DNA from: a virus
Taxonomy: Duplodnaviria; Heunggongvirae; Uroviricota; Caudoviricetes
Reading direction: 5' to 3' (one strand)
DNA: 64,000 nt
IMG/VR virus record: IMGVR_UViG_3300014204_000001
Coordinates: 74,011 to 138,010 of that record
In this document: in pieces, positions 32,516 through 41,061 of the stretch
Numbering within the stretch: the stretch's first letter is position 1
Layout of the letters: the number at the start of each line of letters is the position of its first letter
Made by a program: the position numbers and the translations under genes
Notes under the pieces: generated by a model
Told to the model about the DNA's origin: nothing
What the model saw: only the letters and a program-made list of their open reading frames with translations
The model's database searches: none

Positions 32516-33025
32516 GGCCCCAAGGGGCCAGCGCGCCCGCTTTAGCCAGCCACGCAGGAACTTCTTCATCTGCGGCTTCTTCTCGGCAAGCTGGTGGTAG
32601 TAGCTTGCACAGCACGCGCCCATAGCAAGAAGCCACGCATCAGGATCGCAGGCGTTGATGTACTCGATGGACTTGTGCCCGAGAACGCCATCGAGGACCA
32701 GGCCGACGCCACAGGCCTGTTGGGCGAAGCGGTGTGCGCGCCCCGGGCCCATATTCACGCAGGCATCAAAGAGCTTGGTGGCCACGCGAGCGTTGCGAAT
32801 GCGCTCGTAGCCATAAGTATCCCAAAACTCTTTGCGGTAGATCTCAACGGCCTGGTTGATAGTCAGATTGCGGATCTCATCGGCGGTCTCAGCGTAGCCG
32901 AGCGGCTTGGCGAAGCGCAAGCTGATGCCGAAATTGGTGGCGCCCCCGGGGTCTGCTGTATCATCAGCGAAGCCGCCTTCGTGTGCGAGAACGACTTTCA
33001 CAGCTTCGTTGAAATGCGAGGTCAT
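32513..33025 (-). CDS. endolysin, glycoside hydrolase family 108-like lysozyme
   Basis: LAHEGGFADDTADPGGATNFGIS matches GH108 EGGxxxDxxDPGGxTxxGI signature. Confidence 0.65.
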   Translation of the reverse strand: MTSHFNEAVKVVLAHEGGFADDTADPGGATNFGISLRFAKPLGYAETADEIRNLTINQAVEIYRKEFWDTYGYERIRNARVATKLFDACVNMGPGRAHRFAQQACGVGLVLDGVLGHKSIEYINACDPDAWLLAMGACCASYYHQLAEKKPQMKKFLRGWLKRARWPLGA

Positions 33026-33188
33026 CGCACAGGTCTCTCGGCCATTGACGGAATGGTCACCCCGAGTTGAACTGTTTTGCGTGGAGTGTCTTGTACGCCT
33101 TGGCTCCAGGTAGGCGGAGGCTTAGGTGTCCCGTGGACCCCAAAGGTCTTCGCAGCGTCGGCGCTGCCAAGCTTGTAGAGATCCTGCA

Positions 33189-33914
33189 TTAGCTTACCTC
33201 GCCACGAGAAACCAGCAGAGGTGTAGACTCGTTTGCTGTCGTGGCCTGTTGGCCTGTAACAGCCGACTGCATTCTGTTCTGCTCCGAGAGTACACCGCGA
33301 ATCGCTTCGTGCATGTCGGCGACACGGCTATCAGCGGTCGCAGCATTGTAGAGCGCCCCAGCTCCGCCGCCAGCCAACCCGCCTAAGACTGTCGCCGGAA
33401 TGCCGCCTTTCGGGAAGAGCTTGTGGCCCGCGAACGAGCCCGCCAGGAGTCCCATCAGGGGATGGTGAACCGTACCCTGATTCTGTTCGAGCTCGAGCAG
33501 AGCCTGCGGGTCGAGCCCTTGATCTAGGCCTTCGTAGGCGCGCTCGAAGGTGGAGCGCGGAACAAAGCGACGCATTCCCTCGTAGCGGACGTCTTTGCCT
33601 GTGCCGCTAACGCTGAGCGGAGTGCCCGGGATGCCCATGCCGATGCCGTAATCCGCGGCCTTGATGCCAAAGCCCTCAAGTGCGCCAAGGGTTCCCTGTT
33701 GCCGTGCTGTCTCCTGCATCATAGCCTTACTCCTGCGCTTGAATCCGCCGCCAAGCCCAAAGCCGCCAAGGGCTCCGAGAACGGCTCCCTGAGTCCTCTC
33801 CTCAGGGCGCGCCATCGCGTAGCCGATACCCGCGCCAGCGAGCGTACCGAGGGCTTGTGTACGCCAAGCCGTCTTCTCGAGACAGGATCCACGCGTAAAA
33901 GGCTGGTTGAGCAT
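33189..33914 (-). CDS. Gly-rich (GxxxG) hypothetical protein, 241 aa
   Basis: composition and glycine-zipper motifs resemble N-region of the J-domain protein 19101-19772. Confidence 0.45.
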   Translation of the reverse strand: MLNQPFTRGSCLEKTAWRTQALGTLAGAGIGYAMARPEERTQGAVLGALGGFGLGGGFKRRSKAMMQETARQQGTLGALEGFGIKAADYGIGMGIPGTPLSVSGTGKDVRYEGMRRFVPRSTFERAYEGLDQGLDPQALLELEQNQGTVHHPLMGLLAGSFAGHKLFPKGGIPATVLGGLAGGGAGALYNAATADSRVADMHEAIRGVLSEQNRMQSAVTGQQATTANESTPLLVSRGEVS

Positions 33915-33935
33915 GCAGGTATTATAGACCAGAGC

Positions 33936-34190
33936 TTACTTGCCCGAGTAGCCTACCTGGATTTTGCCCGGCGTCTTAGGGCGGTCGCCATGGGTGTGGA
34001 TGTAGCCGGCCTTGAGCTTCTTCGAGTGCAGCGTGGTCGGGATGATGACGTTGCAGGTGTGTGTACAGCCCAGTAGGCGCGTAGTGGACGTAGTGTTGCA
34101 GGCAGGGCAGATAGGGGCAGGGTCGTCCGGGCGCATGAGCTCCTCGAACTTGTGTCCGCAGGCGTTGCACTGGAAGTCATACAGCTTCAT
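33936..34190 (-). CDS. FmdB-type zinc-ribbon protein
   Basis: MKLYDFQCNACGHKFEEL...CPACN. Confidence 0.55.
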   Translation of the reverse strand: MKLYDFQCNACGHKFEELMRPDDPAPICPACNTTSTTRLLGCTHTCNVIIPTTLHSKKLKAGYIHTHGDRPKTPGKIQVGYSGK

Positions 34191-34193
34191 AGG

Positions 34194-35936
34194 TCACTCC
34201 TGGGTTTTGAAATCATCGCCGAACACGGACGCGGGACGCACCTTAGGACAATTACCGGGGTCCGCCTCGCCCAGCACGGGGCGAGACGTGGGCAACATAG
34301 CATCACCGAGAATTTCTCGCTCGGCTGCGTCAAGGACGGCATCGATTTGTTCGAGGGCTACGGTAACAGCTGAGCCTGCGGCACTTGAGCTGAGGAGCAG
34401 CTGACTAAGTAGCGCCTTGGCAGGGGCGAGGGCAGCGGCAGTCGGCGCCGTCACAATCACAACTAGCCCGCCCACGAATTCGTCCCCCCGGTCGAAAGGC
34501 GGACGTTGAGGGTCGATACTGCTGGGCGCAAAGGCCGCTGCCAGGTCCGTCTTGAGGAAGTCAGTGCCGCCAACGCCTTCGATCTGCTTGGCGTACATGC
34601 CAACGTTCATGTCGGTGTCGAGCATGGACGTGAGGCGCCGGATCGTGCCGCCCAGGTCAGTAGCCAGCTCTTCGTACTTCGTGATCTCAGTCCCCAAGTA
34701 CTCGAGGTACTTCTTCAACATGTCTCCGTAGCCCGTGGTGGCGCCACTAAACTGCGCGACGGCGCTCTCGAGTCTCCCGAGAAGGCGTGCCAAATCAGGA
34801 ATCACTGCGGCGACGCTAGGTGTGCGGATCCAATCGGGTGGCACGCCCTTAGCGGAAAGACTAGACCCCAGCGCGTTCAGCGGATTTGCCTTGGCCACGT
34901 TTGACAGTCGGACAAATCCTCGTTCATCGCCCAAACCCGCGAGCAATTCCAACATCGATCCCGTGGTCCAGTGGTAGCTGACCGCATAGTAGAACGGAAC
35001 ACGGTCTGTGGCGCTGACGTCGAGGTAGGTGTTCTGCGATCCTTCGAGTACCGCGACTACTTCCACTGCGTCGTCGCCTGCGCCGGCCTTGAGCCCCTTG
35101 CTGAGAGTAACGGTACCGAAAACGTCAGCGACGTTAGTTACGCCCAAGAGCTTGGCGCTCCTGCTGCGGATGACAGTGGCACGGCGGACGGCGACTGAGA
35201 GATCTAGCGCGGGCAGCTCCACCAAGCCAGGAGAGTGCACCCACTCCACGAAAACACCATCTAGGGTCGCGCGTGCAGTGACCCCTTCTGGGACGGGGAA
35301 TTGACTTGGTAACATCTCGGCGCCGGGCTGGTTCGTGCCGAAAAGCGTTTTGAAGGCCAAAAGAAAGTTGAGCAACTGTGCGTAGTCAGAGGAGCCCGCG
35401 ACTACGCAAGCGCCGTAGATTGCGTCGGTGGGACTGAGCTGTGGGCGGTTGACGTCTCCCTCGTCGTTTAGGGAGTCAAACACCGTACGTAGGAACCCTG
35501 GATTGCCACCAGAAGCCCCTGCAACTTCCTCAAAATAGCGCCGAAGCTCTGTATCATCGCCTGCCAAGGTTGCGTCGAGTCCGACCTTCTGGGCGGTGGC
35601 TAGGAACTCCTTTAGCGACATGCCTACACGCTTCAGCGCAGCTTCCACAACAGAGGAGACAACCAGGCGTTTTCGGGGAGGCACAAACAGGATGTAGACG
35701 CCCGCATCCTGCTTCAGCGACTGTATCGCGCTGCTGATCGCATCGGTTGCAGCCTTTATTGCGACCTGGGTTGCGGAGAGGTTAGCGATCTCCGTTGCAG
35801 ACAGCATCTGGAGGACCGACTGGAACACCTTGAGCGTCGTCGTCAACGTATCAAGGACTGACGTGAACGAATTCGCGGCGTCAGAGACACCTGATGGGAG
35901 CTTCGGAAGCTCGAAGTTGGACCAGGTAGTAGTCAT
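34194..35936 (-). CDS. hypothetical large protein (580 aa), possibly virion/baseplate-associated
   Basis: long ORF in structural-strand block; no motif recognised. Confidence 0.55.
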   Translation of the reverse strand: MTTTWSNFELPKLPSGVSDAANSFTSVLDTLTTTLKVFQSVLQMLSATEIANLSATQVAIKAATDAISSAIQSLKQDAGVYILFVPPRKRLVVSSVVEAALKRVGMSLKEFLATAQKVGLDATLAGDDTELRRYFEEVAGASGGNPGFLRTVFDSLNDEGDVNRPQLSPTDAIYGACVVAGSSDYAQLLNFLLAFKTLFGTNQPGAEMLPSQFPVPEGVTARATLDGVFVEWVHSPGLVELPALDLSVAVRRATVIRSRSAKLLGVTNVADVFGTVTLSKGLKAGAGDDAVEVVAVLEGSQNTYLDVSATDRVPFYYAVSYHWTTGSMLELLAGLGDERGFVRLSNVAKANPLNALGSSLSAKGVPPDWIRTPSVAAVIPDLARLLGRLESAVAQFSGATTGYGDMLKKYLEYLGTEITKYEELATDLGGTIRRLTSMLDTDMNVGMYAKQIEGVGGTDFLKTDLAAAFAPSSIDPQRPPFDRGDEFVGGLVVIVTAPTAAALAPAKALLSQLLLSSSAAGSAVTVALEQIDAVLDAAEREILGDAMLPTSRPVLGEADPGNCPKVRPASVFGDDFKTQE

Positions 35937-36202
35937 GATTTGGTCTCAATGTTCTTTAGCGGCGTGGCAGCATCAATTGTCGCGGTATTTAGTGTCAGCA
36001 GCTCGTCGGGCTTTTCAGCACAGGCCTGCAGTGCTAGCGCGTGACGAGCGGCGCGCAAGTTAGGAGCTTGCAGCCCCAGTGAATGTGCCTGCGCCTCAGC
36101 TGCGCGGATTTTCTGCGCCAGGATGAGACGTTCCGCGCGCAGCTGTAATTGTAGGACGCGGACCAGAACAGAGGCCAGCGGGAGCTCTCGAGACCATGCC
36201 AT
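35933..36202 (-). CDS. hypothetical protein (~89 aa)
   Basis: MAWSRELPLASV...; ATGA overlap with 34194-35936. Confidence 0.45.
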   Translation of the reverse strand: MAWSRELPLASVLVRVLQLQLRAERLILAQKIRAAEAQAHSLGLQAPNLRAARHALALQACAEKPDELLTLNTATIDAATPLKNIETKS

Positions 36203-36250
36203 GTCGCATAACCTAGCACACCATGGGGTCCTAAAAAAGAGACCTGCGAG

Positions 36251-36259
36251 GGGTATAAG
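36251..36259 (+). promoter_or_regulatory. GGGTATAAG promoter-like motif (instance 8)
   Basis: 72 nt upstream of ATG 36331. Confidence 0.4.
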
Positions 36260-36330
36260 TATCTGTACCGGAACCTTGTGGGTCCGGGCGCGCGCAGTAC
36301 CCACCACTTGCAGAACTTGGAGACATACAC

Positions 36331-36759
36331 ATGACCATCGGTACTCACTTCGCGGCTCACTGGATAAAGTACATGATCGGCCTCATCGGCGCGGGCGCGG
36401 GCGCGGGCGCGGGCGCCTACATCTACAGGCTCCGGAAGGAGCGTGGTACGCTCCAGACGAAGCTGCTCGCGGCGTACCAGGCAAAGGATGAGCTCGAGAA
36501 GGAGCTCAAGGAAGCCCAGGCCCAGCTGGCCGATGCGCAGGGGGACGGGGCTCTCCGTGGCGAGAGGGTCACGGAGCTCGAGATGGAGCTCGAGAAGGCC
36601 AGGGAGCAGTTGCGCCAGTTGGAGTTCACCAACGTTCAGCTCACCGCGGCTATCAAGGTGGCCGAGGCCCAGGCAAGCGCTCCGGCCCAGACGAAGAACA
36701 TCAACCGTGGCAGCCGCACGCGCGGCGCGGAGGAGCCTGCGGCTGCCACGGGCGACTGA
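36331..36759 (+). CDS. TM + coiled-coil protein (142 aa), i-spanin-like architecture
   Basis: N-terminal hydrophobic helix with (GA)4 from (GCGGGC)4, then LEKELKEAQAQLADAQ... coiled coil. Confidence 0.45.
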   Translation: MTIGTHFAAHWIKYMIGLIGAGAGAGAGAYIYRLRKERGTLQTKLLAAYQAKDELEKELKEAQAQLADAQGDGALRGERVTELEMELEKAREQLRQLEFTNVQLTAAIKVAEAQASAPAQTKNINRGSRTRGAEEPAAATGD

Positions 36760-36780
36760 GCGAAGTGACGCGGTGAGCCG

Positions 36781-36823
36781 CCCCGGAGTTGTTACTCCGG
36801 GGTGGTTCGCCGTTTCTTTTTTG
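36781..36823 (+). terminator. rho-independent terminator
   Basis: ccccggagt...actccgggg then T-run. Confidence 0.6.
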
Positions 36824-36845
36824 GTAGAAGGCCTGGAGAATCAAA

Positions 36846-37235
36846 ATGAACCGACTCACGATCATCCGCAGCGAAGACGGGAAGCGCGTCTATGCTGAAT
36901 TCCAGCCGGGAAACGGGACACGTTACGTCGCGTTCGGCGTCAAGATCCCTGGAGATACACCCAACTATGGGGGAAAGTGGCTGGTCGGCTTTCCCGAGCT
37001 TGGTGGAGGCTGCTGGTACTTCGACGAGGGGTCGACTGTCGATTACAGCTACGTTAGCGAGAAGTACCCTCGCCGCTACTTCACCGAAGGCCCTAGCGCG
37101 GTAGATGCTAGTGAGATGGCCAAGGTGATCACGTATATCGTCCCGAACTCGAACGCCTGGGTGCTAACAGACGATACAGGCACGTACCTCGGTGAGACTG
37201 CCAGTCCGAGAAAGTTCACGCCCACCGTCGAATAG
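36846..37235 (+). CDS. hypothetical protein (129 aa)
   Basis: ORF track. Confidence 0.5.
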   Translation: MNRLTIIRSEDGKRVYAEFQPGNGTRYVAFGVKIPGDTPNYGGKWLVGFPELGGGCWYFDEGSTVDYSYVSEKYPRRYFTEGPSAVDASEMAKVITYIVPNSNAWVLTDDTGTYLGETASPRKFTPTVE

Positions 37236-37302
37236 CGCTACCAACCCCATCACCACCATCATCCTAGCGAAGTCACCTGACATCAGGTGGTGTGGGATAT
37301 CG

Positions 37303-37563
37303 ATGACTAAGTGGATAACGTTGATCGTGAAGATCGAAGAAGGTAAATCACCGCTTACTGATCTTCCTGATCGGCTTACTACAGCAGTAGAGAGTTTAGG
37401 GAATCTAGGCGTAAAGGAGGTGACGCACACATACCTTCTCGACGAGAACGGGCTCACCGAGATCGAGGAGACCCTTGAACAGGAAGCGCTCGACTTCCAA
37501 GCGTACCTGGCTGAGACGCGTCCCAACGCACAGGTAATCCGACTACATGATCGACGATCTTGA
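37303..37563 (+). CDS. hypothetical protein (~86 aa)
   Basis: AGGTGG RBS then ATG 37303. Confidence 0.45.
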   Translation: MTKWITLIVKIEEGKSPLTDLPDRLTTAVESLGNLGVKEVTHTYLLDENGLTEIEETLEQEALDFQAYLAETRPNAQVIRLHDRRS

Positions 37564-38008
37564 TATAAAGGAGCTTAACAAACTCCATCCGCGAAACACG
37601 AAAATTGCTTGCCTGAGTCCATCAGGAAAGGGTCTGGTCGCCGTACACTCCCCGTACTTCGTGCTGGAAGTTCCAGCTGACCAAGTAAGAGCCACAGGCT
37701 GGCAGCACGAGCCGTATGCAGGGGTGCGCGAATGGCGGCAGAACAACGTGCCGCAGTCCGAGGGGGAGGCCGCCCAGGTTATGCGAACCACTTGGGAAGA
37801 TCCTGACGAGGGCTCGCTCGAGGTTATCCAGCTAATGTCCGAAAACGTAGAGCAATTCATGCGCCCTGCGTTCTACGACTTCTTCACAAGCGTACTCACG
37901 CAGCCAAGCTTCCGGCTGTACAAGGAAAAGGACCGCATCGGAATCTTCGACGAGGACAAGCTCGTTGGAGTTCTGACGCCTCTACGCAAGGCAGAAGGCG
38001 GCGAGTAA
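37547..38008 (+). CDS. hypothetical protein (153 aa)
   Basis: ORF track. Confidence 0.5.
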   Translation: MIDDLDIKELNKLHPRNTKIACLSPSGKGLVAVHSPYFVLEVPADQVRATGWQHEPYAGVREWRQNNVPQSEGEAAQVMRTTWEDPDEGSLEVIQLMSENVEQFMRPAFYDFFTSVLTQPSFRLYKEKDRIGIFDEDKLVGVLTPLRKAEGGE

Positions 38009-38020
38009 TCGTCTCCTTCG

Positions 38021-38053
38021 ACACCAGCTCCACAAGGGGCTGGTGTTTTTTTG
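38021..38053 (+). terminator. rho-independent terminator
   Basis: caccagc...gctggtg + T7. Confidence 0.7.
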
Positions 38054-38333
38054 GCCCCGAGCTATACTGCGACTCGCAGCTCGGCAGTGACGCGAAAACT
38101 GTTCAACCAACGGGATGTGGTGACGGTCGGTAGCGAGTATGGGAAGCGACCAGGTTCTCAGAAAAGAGCTGTAAAAGGTTGTCGCTGGCCTGCAGCGCCA
38201 ACCACCTGGAGTCCGCAACACACAGCACTGGGGTTTTCGGACCCACGCGCCGGCGGACGGTGTATCGGTGCCATGTGGGAAGCGCCCTGGAGCTCTTACT
38301 TAGAGTTCCGGGGCGTTTCTTTACGTAGTAAAG

Positions 38334-39839
38334 TTAAAGACCAATCTTGACCCTCTTGCTCTTGATGAGCGGGATCAAGTTACTTACTAGGGGATTCGCC
38401 GGAATCACCGGGGGCGACGTAGGTCCCATGGCCGAACCGTGCGTATGCGTATCTAGCCATTGGAGCAGCACTTTCATCATCGCGTCGAAGTACTCGTAAA
38501 GCATGGCGGTGAAAGGTGCCACAGACGTGACAGCGTACCCGCCCGTCTTTGGGTTGGGGACTGCCACCCCACTCGCGCCAAGGTGAATACTGTCGTTCTT
38601 CAGCGAAACGACGCTCCAGGGACCATTGGCAGTCGGACCGAGGACGAAGTAATACCCCCCAGCACCATTGGTGTGGATCTCGTTCTGGCCGTTGGGCACT
38701 GCGCCGATCAGCGGGTTGGCGATGTCGAAGATGAGATGCCCGTTGATCGTCTGTATTTTTTTGGCCACGGTCGCAGCGTCGGGCTGTGTCCCACCCTGAA
38801 TCTTCTCTACGTCGCTGCCGCCCACGTACGCGTTCCGGTTGCTGCTCACTGTTGTTCGCTGATCATTACCTACAGTCAGCTCGTCGTTCTTAGACACTTG
38901 AGTTGCGCGTCCAGCCTGGATTTCCTCCGTGACGGCGCCCTTGATCATCAGATCCCAAGCACCGCGAAGGGTCGTGACCTTATCGCCAGCGACCTCCTCG
39001 CGCGCTGCGCCCGCGCTACCAGAGGTAACATCTACGCCGGCCACGCCGACCAACTCGAGTCGACCATCGGCAGAGAGGTGAATCTTCGCCAACGTGTTGC
39101 CTGCGGGTGTAGTCACTTCAAAGTTAAAGAGGTCTCCCGTTGCACCGATATCCAGGCGAATAGTCCAGCCGCTCGACTCGTTTTGCTGATCAGCTCCTGC
39201 GCGCCAGATAAGCGAGGTCTTGCCACCGTCGTTCTTCACCTGGAGGTCGCCCATCGAGGTGACGTGCCGATACGTAGCCGAGATGATTTCTACCAAATCC
39301 TGGAGCGCGTGAGTCCTTACCTGGGCCATTGGCGAGGACTTCATCACGTTCATGCCCCCGAGCAGGATGCCTATGAGGTTGCCGTCGGGGCCAACGGTGA
39401 CTTGGTCACCATTTAACATGTCCGCGGGGTCAGCTGGGCCGCGCCTTGACGCGGCGCCCTTCTCAGGCGCGTTGACGGGATCTTCTCCGCCCACACCACG
39501 CACCTCGGTGACCGAAGGTGTTAAAAGGGGTTTGTTAGTTAGGGTCACGTGCTTGATCACGGAGTCGATGACCCAGTAGCCGAGCTCGTCGTGGATCGCC
39601 ACCACAGTGTCAGATGGTAGGGTTGCGGTGTCCCCAGCATCACGGCGAAGTCGGGGCACATCCATGAGAAGGCCCATTCGCTGGCCCGCTACCTTGTAGG
39701 TCTGGGTGAGCGTGTTGTAGTAGACCACTGAGGCCGTGTCCCAGCGCCGGCTGGAACGGTCCTTCAGCGCGGCGCCGTATTGCGCTTGAGGTTTTTGGCG
39801 GTCGTTGGCGTACGAAGGCGGAATGTTGGGGTTAGTCAT
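38334..39839 (-). CDS. hypothetical tail-module protein (501 aa)
   Basis: long ORF downstream of tube/sheath-like genes. Confidence 0.55.
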   Translation of the reverse strand: MTNPNIPPSYANDRQKPQAQYGAALKDRSSRRWDTASVVYYNTLTQTYKVAGQRMGLLMDVPRLRRDAGDTATLPSDTVVAIHDELGYWVIDSVIKHVTLTNKPLLTPSVTEVRGVGGEDPVNAPEKGAASRRGPADPADMLNGDQVTVGPDGNLIGILLGGMNVMKSSPMAQVRTHALQDLVEIISATYRHVTSMGDLQVKNDGGKTSLIWRAGADQQNESSGWTIRLDIGATGDLFNFEVTTPAGNTLAKIHLSADGRLELVGVAGVDVTSGSAGAAREEVAGDKVTTLRGAWDLMIKGAVTEEIQAGRATQVSKNDELTVGNDQRTTVSSNRNAYVGGSDVEKIQGGTQPDAATVAKKIQTINGHLIFDIANPLIGAVPNGQNEIHTNGAGGYYFVLGPTANGPWSVVSLKNDSIHLGASGVAVPNPKTGGYAVTSVAPFTAMLYEYFDAMMKVLLQWLDTHTHGSAMGPTSPPVIPANPLVSNLIPLIKSKRVKIGL

Positions 39840-39852
39840 GGTGGCAGCTTAC

Positions 39853-39890
39853 CAAAGAAAAGGGGCCGCCGGCTATAGCCGACAGCCCCG
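39853..39890 (-). terminator. rho-independent terminator (minus strand)
   Basis: minus strand ggggctgtcggctatagccggcggcccc + ttttctttgg. Confidence 0.6.
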
Positions 39891-39914
39891 GTTCATGGCC
39901 GAAGAGCCTTCGCG

Positions 39915-40676
39915 TTAGTCGTCGAGGGTCAACGTGGTGCCGTCGTTGTTCACGCCGGTCTCAGAGAAGTCAAGAACAGCGTCGAGGGTGCTCTTCGGGA
40001 TGCGCTGACTTGCGTCCTTACCGAAGTAGCCGGTCGCGATGTTTGCGAGCTCCATAGGGAGCAGACGGTCGGACAGGCCCGAGACGTTCTCGAGGATCAT
40101 GCTCTGCCCAGCGTTCACGCCGACAGCATAGCTGTTGATCATACAGAGTTCGGCGTAGAACGACCCCACAAGGTCGTGCGCCTTGTTGCGGAAGAAGCAG
40201 GCGAGACCGAACGGGATGTAGTAGAGCTCGCTATCCAGGTTGATGAAGAACTGGCTCTTCTGCTGACGTGCCGGCACATCATCGAACTTCTCAACCGGAA
40301 GGCCGCCCGCAACAGCGTTGTGGTAAAGGACGCGCAGGAGATTACGCCCATTTACGAAGAGGCGGCCGATGTTCCACTGGGTCTGCGCCTTTCCCGAGAC
40401 GAAGAAGGAACGGCCTGAGCCAATGGCCATCATTGGCTGGGTCGGCTTCGTCTGAGTGAACTGAACGGTCTGGAGCATACCGATGGCAAGCAGCGAAGCG
40501 ATACCCGTCTCGTTGCCTGTCTTGCCCATCGAGTTGTAGCGGGCAGGGCCCGCAAGGACCAGGGTGTCATCTGGGTGCGCGGCCTCGTAGGCCGCGTTGT
40601 CCATGGCACGCTCGACGTAGTGGTTCTGAAACTCCCACGAGAGCACGCCCTTGGTGATGCCGATAGGGTTGGCCAT
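39915..40676 (-). CDS. putative tail tube protein (253 aa; by position after sheath-like gene)
   Basis: synteny only. Confidence 0.35.
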   Translation of the reverse strand: MANPIGITKGVLSWEFQNHYVERAMDNAAYEAAHPDDTLVLAGPARYNSMGKTGNETGIASLLAIGMLQTVQFTQTKPTQPMMAIGSGRSFFVSGKAQTQWNIGRLFVNGRNLLRVLYHNAVAGGLPVEKFDDVPARQQKSQFFINLDSELYYIPFGLACFFRNKAHDLVGSFYAELCMINSYAVGVNAGQSMILENVSGLSDRLLPMELANIATGYFGKDASQRIPKSTLDAVLDFSETGVNNDGTTLTLDD

Positions 40677-40686
40677 TGCCGTCTCC

Positions 40687-41061
40687 TCAGTGCTTCTTGC
40701 TCAAAAGTTCGATGAGCGACGGGGCTGTGAGCACACCCAGACCTGCCAGCTCGGTCCCTGACTTCAGCTTCCGTACCGTCTCGGATTCATGCTCCGGATT
40801 GCCGACCAGATCATGTACGACTGGTGCTGCGAGCATTCCGAGCCCTGCCAGGTCCATGATGTGTCCAACAGTTGCGCCGTTTACCGCATGCTTTTGGAGT
40901 GCTTCCGAAGCCCCCTTGACAGCGAACTGGACATTGACCGGCCGCCCGAAGCTGTTGCTTCGAGCCCCCTCGATAAAATCGTCCACCAAACGGGCGCCGA
41001 AATCAACCGGCGCCCGAGTGGCAGCGAATTTTGACAGTGAGCTCGACATGACCTTACGCAC
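40687..41061 (-). CDS. hypothetical protein (124 aa) with internal repeat
   Basis: DLAGLGMLAAPVVHDL / ELAGLGVLTAPSLIEL. Confidence 0.45.
   Translation of the reverse strand: MRKVMSSSLSKFAATRAPVDFGARLVDDFIEGARSNSFGRPVNVQFAVKGASEALQKHAVNGATVGHIMDLAGLGMLAAPVVHDLVGNPEHESETVRKLKSGTELAGLGVLTAPSLIELLSKKH

Noticed and set aside
31518-32636. 372-aa minus-strand ORF
   Set aside because: It is antisense to the SPFH lipoprotein gene, which has a lipobox, an RBS and recognisable domain motifs. It crosses a terminator hairpin.
38460-39416. 318-aa plus-strand ORF
   Set aside because: It is antisense to the 501-aa tail-module gene. Arg/His/Cys-rich composition.
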